Translations under genes and position numbers: made by a program
Notes under the pieces: model-generated
The model's input: only the letters and a program-made list of their open reading frames with translations
Databases searched by the model: none
What the model was told of the DNA's origin: nothing
Shown here: piece by piece, positions 25,593 through 33,862 of the stretch
Layout of the letters: every line of letters begins with the position of its first letter
Position numbering within the stretch: the stretch's first letter is position 1
DNA from: Micavibrio sp.
GTDB lineage: Bacteria; Pseudomonadota; Alphaproteobacteria; Micavibrionales; CSBR16-224
Assembly: GCA_027047045.1 (NCBI GenBank)
Contig: JALTWL010000301.1
Location: forward strand, 1 to 33,862
DNA length: 33,862 nt
Reading direction: 5' to 3'

Positions 25593-26276
25593 TTATTGAT
25601 TTTTCTTTTGCCAAATTTCAGGACTCTGTAAAAAATCTTCTACCGTTTTGATGGCAATATCATTAAAAAGATTTTCTTGCTTGATAAATTCAATAATCTT
25701 TTGCCAGTTTGTAAGATAATGCATAGTAAATTTATTATCTTCAAATATTTTTATACTATTTGGAAAAATATCATAAAAAAATGGGCAAAATACATGCTCT
25801 ATCTTGCCACCTGCTTTTCTAATTGCCTCAGTAAATAGAATCTTACTGCCCCCATCGGTTGCCATATCTTCAACCAAAAGCACATTTGGAGATGATTTTT
25901 CTTTAAAAAAATCTCCTTCTATTTGAGCCGTTTTACCAAAAGATTTAGGCTTTTTTCTTATATATATCATTGCTTTGTCAGTTAAATCTGCTATCCATGC
26001 GGCATATGGTATCCCTGCAGTTTCCCCGCCTGCAATAAAATCTATTTTATCCAAATCAATAGAGTTTTTAATATATTCAACACTATAAAATATTATCTTT
26101 TTTCTTTCTTCTGGATAAGATATTAAACGTCGGCAATCCACATATACAGGGCTTTTTTTACCAGAAGTAAGTGTGAAATATTTGTCCCTATCCTCAGCTA
26201 TTGCAACACAGCCTGTCTTAAGAAAAATAGCGGCAGTATTTATTGCTACACTATTTTCTGCCATTTTTTTTAGCAT
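25593..26276 (-). CDS. pyrE: orotate phosphoribosyltransferase
   Basis: FTLTSG.KSPVYVDCRRLIS, AGGETAGIP, YIRKKPK.FG, PRPP motif LLVEDMATDGGSK. Confidence 0.93.
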   Translation of the reverse strand: MLKKMAENSVAINTAAIFLKTGCVAIAEDRDKYFTLTSGKKSPVYVDCRRLISYPEERKKIIFYSVEYIKNSIDLDKIDFIAGGETAGIPYAAWIADLTDKAMIYIRKKPKSFGKTAQIEGDFFKEKSSPNVLLVEDMATDGGSKILFTEAIRKAGGKIEHVFCPFFYDIFPNSIKIFEDNKFTMHYLTNWQKIIEFIKQENLFNDIAIKTVEDFLQSPEIWQKKNQ

Positions 26277-26603
26277 CTACCAACGCCCACGTTTATAAAA
26301 ATTTTGTGATGAACTTCTAAATAAGTAAAAATTCCTAACTAAAAGAGTGACTATTGATATTACCGCAAATAATATAAATGAGCCACAAAGTGCCATAAAT
26401 AGCCACCATTCATCATCTATTGTACCTTGGTAGTTAAATTTCATATATAAAAAAAACATCAAGGTAATAAAAACATTTATAGTAATCATTGTAATATTAT
26501 AGACGCTAATTGCCCGCTTATTCGGGTAGTCTGGCTGAAAAAATATAAACGCTGCTAAGGATATAACTGCAAGTAAAAGCAAAAATAAAACTATAAAATC
26601 CAT
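26277..26603 (-). CDS. hypothetical membrane protein (3 TM)
   Basis: Three hydrophobic segments, SD GGAGG upstream, stop abuts the pyrE start. Confidence 0.75.
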   Translation of the reverse strand: MDFIVLFLLLLAVISLAAFIFFQPDYPNKRAISVYNITMITINVFITLMFFLYMKFNYQGTIDDEWWLFMALCGSFILFAVISIVTLLVRNFYLFRSSSQNFYKRGRW

Positions 26604-26808
26604 AACTTATACAGCCTCCATAGCTACTGATAAATTTCAAAATAATAATGATTATACAAAAAAATATCTAAAAATAAAATATATAATAGCAACCATTTTT
26701 AATTTGGAATTTTTTCTTGTTTGGGATTACAACAATTTCTAATTACTCTGAGTTCAAATGCAAAATTTTTCTTCATAGCAAGTAAGAGTTAATTTAGAAA
26801 ATTCAATA

Positions 26809-28290
26809 TTATTTAATAGTTCTATAATTAGGAGCCTCTCTGGTTATATGAACATTATGGACATGGCTTTCGTTTACACCTGAATGGGTAATTGCCACAA
26901 ATTTTGCTGTATTTCTAAGAGTATCTATATCTGCTGAGCCTGTATATCCCATAGCAGAGCGAAGGCCTCCCACCAATTGATATAAAATATTTGCAACAGG
27001 CCCCTTATAAGGAACGCGTCCTTCAACGCCTTCTGGTACAAGTTTGCCCGCTTGTATATTACTATCTTGCCCGTATCTATCCGCAGAGCCGTCAACCATA
27101 GCCCCCAAAGACCCCATACCGCGATAGCTTTTGTAAGAACGACCTTGATAGTAGATAATATCACCCGGTGCTTCATCTGTACCTGCTAAAAGAGAGCCAA
27201 CCATAACCACATTTGCCCCCGCGCCTATTGCTTTTGCAATATCGCCAGAATATTTAATACCACCATCGGCAACAACTGGAATATCACGTGTTTGGCAAGC
27301 AAAAGCTACTTCTTTAATGGCGCTTAGCTGTGGTATTCCAACTCCTGCGACTATTCTAGTTGTACAAATAGAGCCAGGCCCAATGCCAACCTTAATTGCA
27401 TCAGCCCCCGCATCAATTAAGGCTGACGCCCCATCAGCTGTTGCAACATTGCCAGCCAGTACTTGAATATTATTAGAGCGAAGCTGTCTTATTTCAGATA
27501 CAGTGTCCAACACGGCCTTTGAATGACCATGCGCTGTGTCAACCACAACAAGGTCAAGCCCAGCATCTGCCATTGCCATAGCCCTGTCCACTCCGTCCTT
27601 GCCAACACCAACGGCTGCTGCAACTCTAAGTCTACCCTCACTATCTTTGTTTGCATTTGGGTTTAATATAGCTTTTTCTATATCTTTAACAGTAATCAGC
27701 CCAGCACACCGCCCCATATCATCAACAACGATTAAACGTTCTATTCTATGTTCATGTAGCAGTCTTTTAACCTCAGCACGTTCAACATTTGGTCTAACCG
27801 TTATAAGATTTTCATGCGTCATAAAGTCTTTAACTAAAGCCTCGCTACTATCTTCAACAAAGCGTACATCACGGTTAGTGATAATACCGACCACCTTTTG
27901 AGATTTGCTGTCAATTACAGGTATTCCAGAAATTGAATATCCTTTCATTAAATCTAAAACTTCGGCCAGACTAGTTTCTGGAGCAACCGTAATTGGGTCA
28001 GTTACCATACCAGATACGAATCTTTTCACTCGTCTAATTTCTTCAACTTGTTTGCCAATTGGCATATTTTTATGAATAACTCCAATACCGCCAGCTTGTG
28101 CCATGGCAATTGCCATGTTGCTTGTTGTAACTGTATCCATTGCTGCCGATATAAGAGGAATATTAAGTTCAATTTCTTTGGTAAGGCGTGTTTTAACACA
28201 AACATCTGATGGTTGTACTTCTGATAGTTGTGGTACTAGAAGAACATCATCAAAAGTAAATGCTGCTGGCGGTATAAATTCATTCATCAT
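26809..28290 (-). CDS. guaB: IMP dehydrogenase
   Basis: [19 protein letters not shown] pair, [36 protein letters not shown]. Confidence 0.98.
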   Translation of the reverse strand: MMNEFIPPAAFTFDDVLLVPQLSEVQPSDVCVKTRLTKEIELNIPLISAAMDTVTTSNMAIAMAQAGGIGVIHKNMPIGKQVEEIRRVKRFVSGMVTDPITVAPETSLAEVLDLMKGYSISGIPVIDSKSQKVVGIITNRDVRFVEDSSEALVKDFMTHENLITVRPNVERAEVKRLLHEHRIERLIVVDDMGRCAGLITVKDIEKAILNPNANKDSEGRLRVAAAVGVGKDGVDRAMAMADAGLDLVVVDTAHGHSKAVLDTVSEIRQLRSNNIQVLAGNVATADGASALIDAGADAIKVGIGPGSICTTRIVAGVGIPQLSAIKEVAFACQTRDIPVVADGGIKYSGDIAKAIGAGANVVMVGSLLAGTDEAPGDIIYYQGRSYKSYRGMGSLGAMVDGSADRYGQDSNIQAGKLVPEGVEGRVPYKGPVANILYQLVGGLRSAMGYTGSADIDTLRNTAKFVAITHSGVNESHVHNVHITREAPNYRTIK

Positions 28291-28341
28291 TTTATTGTTA
28301 CTCCCACTTTATATAAAAATTTAAATCCACTATTGAATATA

Positions 28342-29034
28342 CTACCCCCGAAATCCAATAGCTACAACATAGATTTCCGAAGAATCTTTTCTGCTTGCAT
28401 CAGGCTTTATATGTTTTACTTTTTGAAAATCTTTTTTCATTTGCTCAAGCAAGCTTTTTTCTGCGCCACCTTGAAATAATTTAGCCAAGAATATCCCATC
28501 TTTTTCTAGCACATCTATAGCAAAGACATAAGCCATTTCAACTAGACCAACTATACGTAAATGGTCAGTCTTTTTATGCCCAATAGTTGGCGGTGCCATA
28601 TCGCTCATAACCAAATTTGCTTTTCCACCTAGCGCCTTTTTTAATATTTCTTCAGCATCATCATCAGTAAAGTCTTTTTGTAAAATAGTTGCGCCTTCAA
28701 TATTTGGCATTTCTAAATAGTCTATTGCAACCACCTTTCCTTCTGTTTCATTTGGTTTTATCTTTTCAATTGCAACTTGTGTCCAACCACCAGGAGCAGC
28801 GCCCAAATCAACTACTTTGTCCCCTATTTTAAATAGCCCAACTGCCTCATCTAACTGTAAAATTTTAAAAGCTGCCCTACTATTGTAGCCTAGTTTTTTA
28901 GCCTCTGCCACATATGGGTCGTTTAACTGTCTTTTAAGCCAGCGCGTAGAGGCAGCAGAGCGTCTTTTAGCTGTTTTTACATGTTTTTTCCTTTGTTGGC
29001 CTCTTGGATTTTTACTGGAATATTTATCTTTCAT
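28342..29034 (-). CDS. rlmE: 23S rRNA Um2552 2'-O-methyltransferase
   Basis: RWL.RQLNDPYV, SRAAFK, DLGAAPGGWTQ, SDMAP, K, SRKDSSE (K-D-K-E tetrad). Confidence 0.96.
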   Translation of the reverse strand: MKDKYSSKNPRGQQRKKHVKTAKRRSAASTRWLKRQLNDPYVAEAKKLGYNSRAAFKILQLDEAVGLFKIGDKVVDLGAAPGGWTQVAIEKIKPNETEGKVVAIDYLEMPNIEGATILQKDFTDDDAEEILKKALGGKANLVMSDMAPPTIGHKKTDHLRIVGLVEMAYVFAIDVLEKDGIFLAKLFQGGAEKSLLEQMKKDFQKVKHIKPDASRKDSSEIYVVAIGFRG

Positions 29035-29149
29035 CTTTTTCCGTAATCATTAACTTTTTAATAAGATTCTTAAGTTATTATAATGCTTAAATGATGATAC
29101 AAAAACAATAATAAATAATAATATATAATATAGAGGGGTTATTTAAATC

Positions 29150-29665
29150 ATGGATTATACTTTAGAGGAACTTTCAAAAAAACTTGGTATTCCAGACTTT
29201 CCAGAGCGTGAAGAAATGCTCTATTACTATAATGATGAAAATAATACACGCATTGGTGGGCATGGGGAAATAAGATTAGAAGATGGTGGCCGTCTTTTCA
29301 CTGCTAACTTATATCACGCTCGTAAAGATTATATAGATGATGAGGGCGTAGAACATAAACTTTATGAAGAAACCATGCAAATAAATGCTTGTCGCATGGG
29401 AGGTGGAGATATTTTCCGTATAGTCCATATAGAAATAGATGGCAAAGAACAATCACCAACTGACCCTGCTTTGGTTGAGCTTAGTTTTGCAGTTTTTTAT
29501 AGCCGTATTATTGATATAAATTTTGGTATGGTAAAACAAAGCTTTGGTCTATTAGATACAAAACGTGAAAATAAAATTAACAACTCTCAAAATTTAGATA
29601 TATCTCAAAAAACTGGTGGAGTTGTCGTTCCATTCCCAAGTAAAAAGCGTGGGCTTGCAATATAA
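29150..29665 (+). CDS. hypothetical protein
   Basis: 171-aa ORF with SD-like GAGGGG; no family recognised. Confidence 0.75.
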   Translation: MDYTLEELSKKLGIPDFPEREEMLYYYNDENNTRIGGHGEIRLEDGGRLFTANLYHARKDYIDDEGVEHKLYEETMQINACRMGGGDIFRIVHIEIDGKEQSPTDPALVELSFAVFYSRIIDINFGMVKQSFGLLDTKRENKINNSQNLDISQKTGGVVVPFPSKKRGLAI

Positions 29666-29696
29666 TTGATTGATATATAGATATGATAGGGTTTCG

Positions 29697-30263
29697 CTAC
29701 TTATCTAATTTTTGAACGGTGGCGTAACCACCTTTCATATATTCCCAACCAGTAATAACAGTAATTATAGCCGCTGCAACCAACCCCCAATTGCCTATTT
29801 CAACGGCAAAAGGCACAAGTTTTGGTCCATATTCACCCGCCATTATAAAGCCAATGAATAACATTTGAATTGTTGTTTTCCATTTTGCAAGTTTAGTCAC
29901 TGGAACTTGCACATTATATGGACCTAAAAATTCTCTAAGCCCAGATACCATAATTTCTCTGATAATAATTATAAGTGCAGCAAGCACCCAATAGCCCTGT
30001 AAATGTTCAAAAGCAATTACCAAAACCAAAGATACAACCACAATTAGCTTATCTGCGATTGGGTCTAAAAATTTACCAAAAGCAGATGTTTGTTCTAAAT
30101 ATCTAGCTAAATAGCCATCAAAAAAATCGCTTGCCCCAGCCAAGGCAAAAATTACAACTGCAGACCAAATAGCAACTTCACTGCCTATATAAAATAAAAT
30201 AACTATAAGTGGAACGGCAATTATTCTAAATATAGTCAAAAGATTTGGGATTTGTGTTAGCAT
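29697..30263 (-). CDS. pgsA: CDP-diacylglycerol--glycerol-3-phosphate 3-phosphatidyltransferase
   Basis: IPNLLT..R, DFFDGYLAR...FGKFLDPIADK, REI.VSGLRE, AKWKT; conserved position after uvrC. Confidence 0.97.
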   Translation of the reverse strand: MLTQIPNLLTIFRIIAVPLIVILFYIGSEVAIWSAVVIFALAGASDFFDGYLARYLEQTSAFGKFLDPIADKLIVVVSLVLVIAFEHLQGYWVLAALIIIIREIMVSGLREFLGPYNVQVPVTKLAKWKTTIQMLFIGFIMAGEYGPKLVPFAVEIGNWGLVAAAIITVITGWEYMKGGYATVQKLDK

Positions 30264-30335
30264 AATTTTATATATTTCTTCAAAATTTAGTTAAAGCTCC
30301 ATTATTATAATCAAAATATTAAATACAAGCTTTAT

Positions 30336-32171
30336 TTAATGAAAATAATCATATATTTTTTTCGCGATATCAGCAGATATTCCCTTAACTGCTTTTAAAT
30401 CAGCAATATTTGCCTCTGCTATTGCTCGACTAGAGCCAAAATGTCTAAGTAATCGTTGTTTTCTAACTTGCCCAATTCCTGTAATTTCATCAAGGGGTGA
30501 TTCGTAACTTTTCTTTTTTCTTCTAATCCTGTGAGAACCAATTACAAATCTATGTGATTCATCTCTAAGCCTCTGTATAAAATGTAAAAGACTATCATCT
30601 TTTGCAAGAATTATAGGCTTTGTCCTATTTGGAACAAAAATTTTTTCTTCACCTGCGTTTCTTTTAATGCCTTTGGCAACGGCAATTATTGGTATTTTAT
30701 CTATTTTTAACTCTTTTAAAACTTTAAGCCCTATTTGCAACTGCCCTTTACCGCCATCTAGTATAATTAAATCTGGGAAGTTGTTTTCTTCCTTTGCTCT
30801 TTTAAAGCGCCTTGTTAGCATTTCCGCCATCATTGAATAGTCATCTCCACCATGCCCTTCCATATTGAATTTTCTATATGCAGGCTTCAAAAAACCAGCC
30901 TCTGTTGCAACAATCATAGCGCCAACTGCATTGCTTCCAGATATGTGGCTGTTGTCATATACTTCTATTCTTGTTAGTTTTTTGCCTATATTTAGTAATT
31001 TTGCCAGCTCAGCTAGTAGTTGTTTTTGTAATTTTTTATCTGTAATAGATTTTTCTAACTTTGCGATTACTTGTTGTTTTGCTTGTTTTAAGCTTTCTTT
31101 TTTACGTCCCCGTTTTGGGAATATTATCTTAAAATTACTATCCCAACTTTGTTGCCAAGCCTCTGTAATTAGATTTTTATTTTCTATATCTTCATTTATA
31201 TAAATATTTTTAGGAGGTGGATTATTAGCATAAAATTGTACTATAAACGCCTCCATAATCTTTGTTGGCATTTCAGCTTTATCATGTTTTGGAAAGCTTG
31301 CATAGTTGCCGTAATAATTACCGCCTCTATAAAATAGTGATAAAATACAGCTTTTTCCCTCTTTCATTGCAATTACATGTATATCAGCATTGCCCCAAAT
31401 ATCACCCGCAATATTTCTATATGATTGTACAGAAGTTAGAGTTTTTATTTTATCTCTATAAATAGCGGCCTTTTCAAATTCTTCTTTGTTGCTTGCCTCT
31501 TGCATTTTTTTTGCAAATATTTTTTGTATGTCTGATGTTTTGCCACTTAAAAAATCAACCGCCATTTTAACTTGTTTTAAATATTCATCTTTTGTTACAA
31601 AGCCAACACAAGGCGCAGTACATCTTTTTATTTGATATTGCAAACAAGGTCTTGTTCTGCTTTTAAAGACATTTTTATTACAATCTCTAAGCTGAAAGGT
31701 TTTTTGCAAGATTGCAATAGTTCTATTTACATCACCAGCTGAGGCAAAGGGACCAAAATATTTATATTTTTTTTGTTTTTTGCCTCTGTGTTTTAGAAGT
31801 CTTGGAAAATCATCACTGCTTGTAATTGCGATATGAGGAAATGATTTATCATCGCGCATTAAAATATTGTATTTTGGCTTTAGCTTTTTAATTAGATTAG
31901 TTTCAAGTAATAGCGCCTCTGCCTCAGTTGCAGTTTCTATTATTTTCATTGTAGCGGTTTGCGCAATCATACGCTGTAGGCGAATAGGTTGTTTTTCTAT
32001 ATGAGTGTAATTTGCTATTCTCTTTTTTAGATTTTTTGCTTTGCCAACATAAAGCACTTTACCACCTGCGTCCTGCATTTGATAAACGCCTGCACGCTCA
32101 GAGCTGTTATTTTTAAATTTTTTAATAACAGCTAGCCCATTTTTAATAGAATTTTTTATTTTTTTTATCAT
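30336..32171 (-). CDS. uvrC: excinuclease ABC subunit C
   Basis: GIY-YIG GVY.M...YVGKAKNL, Cys-rich RPCLQYQIKRCTAPC, RIEVYDNSHISG, DGGKGQ, RDESHRF, HhH repeats. Confidence 0.97.
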   Translation of the reverse strand: MIKKIKNSIKNGLAVIKKFKNNSSERAGVYQMQDAGGKVLYVGKAKNLKKRIANYTHIEKQPIRLQRMIAQTATMKIIETATEAEALLLETNLIKKLKPKYNILMRDDKSFPHIAITSSDDFPRLLKHRGKKQKKYKYFGPFASAGDVNRTIAILQKTFQLRDCNKNVFKSRTRPCLQYQIKRCTAPCVGFVTKDEYLKQVKMAVDFLSGKTSDIQKIFAKKMQEASNKEEFEKAAIYRDKIKTLTSVQSYRNIAGDIWGNADIHVIAMKEGKSCILSLFYRGGNYYGNYASFPKHDKAEMPTKIMEAFIVQFYANNPPPKNIYINEDIENKNLITEAWQQSWDSNFKIIFPKRGRKKESLKQAKQQVIAKLEKSITDKKLQKQLLAELAKLLNIGKKLTRIEVYDNSHISGSNAVGAMIVATEAGFLKPAYRKFNMEGHGGDDYSMMAEMLTRRFKRAKEENNFPDLIILDGGKGQLQIGLKVLKELKIDKIPIIAVAKGIKRNAGEEKIFVPNRTKPIILAKDDSLLHFIQRLRDESHRFVIGSHRIRRKKKSYESPLDEITGIGQVRKQRLLRHFGSSRAIAEANIADLKAVKGISADIAKKIYDYFH

Positions 32172-32288
32172 AAAAGCTAAAATAACATTTTTTTTTAAGA
32201 AAATAATAACTTTTTGATGTTTTAATTACAGTCATGAGTGCAATAAAATGGACAAACGGTAGATTGTCATTGATTTTATTGGGGGTGT

Positions 32289-32330
32289 AAAAAAACCGAG
32301 ATGCTAAATAAAAAAGCATCTCGGTTTTTT
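32289..32330 (-). terminator. intrinsic terminator downstream of acs (bidirectional form)
   Basis: AAAAAACCGAGATGCT-9 nt loop-AGCATCTCGGTTTTTT perfect inverted repeat, 14 bp after the acs stop. Confidence 0.9.
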
Positions 32331-32344
32331 ATTGTCTAATTTTT

Positions 32345-33862
32345 TTAAGCCGCAACATTACCCATCAAGTTAAGATGACCCGCTACAAGCTCTTCAACTA
32401 TTGCAGGTTCTGCCAAGGTAGATGTATCGCCTAACTGGTCATGTGCGCCTTCAGCAACTTTGCGAAGTATGCGACGCATAATTTTACCGGACCTTGTTTT
32501 TGGAAGGCCTGATACCCATTGTATAACATCTGGGCTTGCGATTGGACCTATTTCTTTTCTAACCCAAGTAATTAGCTCTTGTCTTAGCTCCTCACTTGGC
32601 TCTGCTCCATTTACTAAAATAACGTAAGCATAAATTCCCTGCCCCTTAATATCGTGAGGATAGCCAACAACTGCAGATTCTGCAATTTTAGAATGAGCAT
32701 TAAGGGCTTCTTCAATTTCAGCTGTACCAAATCTATGCCCAGATACATTAATTACATCATCAACACGCCCAGTTATTCTATAATAACCGTCCTTATCACG
32801 CTTTGCGCCATCACCTGTGAAATACATACCCTTAAATGTAGAAAAATAAGTTTGTACAAAACGCGCATGGTCTTTGTAGACTGTTCGCATTTGTCCAGGC
32901 CAGCTGTCTAACATAACTAAATTGCCCTCTGCTTCTGTTTCCTCAATTATATTGCCATCACTATCAACAAGGGCGGGCTTTACACCAAAAAATGGCTGCG
33001 AGGCATAGGCGGGCTTAAGGTCAGTTGCGCCTGGAAGTGGTGAGATTAAAATCCCACCCGTTTCAGTTTGCCACCAAGTATCAACTATCGGACAACGCCC
33101 CTCGCCTACAATATCATAATACCAAAGCCAAGCCTCCTCATTTATTGGCTCTCCAACTGAGCCTAAAATTCTAAGACTTTTTCTAGAAGTTGCCTTCACA
33201 TATTCATCGCCCTCCTTCAGCAAAGAGCGAATAGCAGTTGGCGCTGTATAAAAAATATTTACTTGGTGCTTATCAACTACTTGCCAAAAACGACTCCAAT
33301 CTGGGTAATTTGGTACACCTTCAAACACAAGAGATGTCGCACCATTGGCAAGCGGACCATAAACAATATAGCTATGCCCAGTTACCCAACCAACATCTGC
33401 AGTGCACCAATAAATATCGCCTTTGTGATAGTCAAATATATATTCATGTGTCATAGAGGCATAGACCATATAACCTCCCGTTGTATGAAGAACCCCTTTT
33501 GGCTTACCTGTAGAGCCAGAAGTATAAAGAATAAATAGTGGGTCTTCTGCCCCCATCTCCTCACAAGGACAATCATTTGACTGCTTAGAGCATATTTCAT
33601 GATACCAAATATCGCGCCCATCAACCCAATTTATCTCATCACCAGTTCTTTTTAGAACTATAACTGTATGCACATCTGGACAATCCGCAAGCGCAAGGTC
33701 AGCATTATTTTTTAGGGGAATTTTTTTGCCTCCACGAATGCCAAAATCAGCGGTAATTAAAACATCTGATTCGCAATCCAAAATTCTATCTTTTAAAGAT
33801 TGTGGAGAAAATCCGCCAAATACAACCGAATGTACCGCACCAATCCTAGCACAAGCAAGCAT
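32345..33862 (-). CDS. acs: acetyl-CoA synthetase (5' part outside the window)
   Basis: [58 protein letters not shown]. Confidence 0.97.
   Translation of the reverse strand: MLACARIGAVHSVVFGGFSPQSLKDRILDCESDVLITADFGIRGGKKIPLKNNADLALADCPDVHTVIVLKRTGDEINWVDGRDIWYHEICSKQSNDCPCEEMGAEDPLFILYTSGSTGKPKGVLHTTGGYMVYASMTHEYIFDYHKGDIYWCTADVGWVTGHSYIVYGPLANGATSLVFEGVPNYPDWSRFWQVVDKHQVNIFYTAPTAIRSLLKEGDEYVKATSRKSLRILGSVGEPINEEAWLWYYDIVGEGRCPIVDTWWQTETGGILISPLPGATDLKPAYASQPFFGVKPALVDSDGNIIEETEAEGNLVMLDSWPGQMRTVYKDHARFVQTYFSTFKGMYFTGDGAKRDKDGYYRITGRVDDVINVSGHRFGTAEIEEALNAHSKIAESAVVGYPHDIKGQGIYAYVILVNGAEPSEELRQELITWVRKEIGPIASPDVIQWVSGLPKTRSGKIMRRILRKVAEGAHDQLGDTSTLAEPAIVEELVAGHLNLMGNVAA

Noticed and set aside
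24586-29073. CtrA-like TTAA pairs at 24586-24601 and 29058-29073
   Set aside because: The spacer is 8 bp rather than 7, and TTAA is very frequent here.
32172-32288. SOS box upstream of uvrC or an sRNA in the uvrC-acs gap
   Set aside because: No GTTC-N7-GTTC alphaproteobacterial LexA motif and no structure beyond the acs terminator.
743-33538. Many alternative-frame and antisense ORFs in the track (e.g. 743-1453, 1884-2402, 10081-10698, 13057-13425, 27536-27901)
   Set aside because: They lie within well-supported genes, mostly as antisense shadows, with no recognisable motifs.

Overview
AT-rich alphaproteobacterial chromosome segment; a Micavibrionales/Rhodospirillales-like lineage is my inference from gene content and protein style. 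Housekeeping blocks sit at both ends: efp-suhB-OmpA-like on the left and pyrE, guaB, rlmE, pgsA-uvrC, acs on the right. Between them is a ~22 kb surface/signalling block. It holds a DUF218 protein, two stand-alone receiver proteins, a membrane histidine kinase, a small ORF, and a LuxI-family AHL synthase with an upstream CT-N12-AG lux-box-like palindrome and an SD-occluding hairpin, but no luxR in the window. It also holds a LapBCE-like type I secretion system whose TolC is fused to a C-terminal SPOR domain; the tolC and ABC genes carry 5' poly-G tracts. Next come two paralogous cysteine-free RTX proteins with lectin-like modules (C-type lectin, H-type-lectin-like, LamG) inserted into the RTX repeats, a DUF4402 pilin-like subunit plus chaperone without an usher, and a TPR-sulfotransferase. 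Two degenerate inverted repeats bracket the block. The best candidate for an undescribed system is a quorum-sensing-linked, possibly septum/pole-targeted and phase-variable multi-lectin adhesion apparatus. No rRNA, tRNA, CRISPR, transposase or integrase was recognised.
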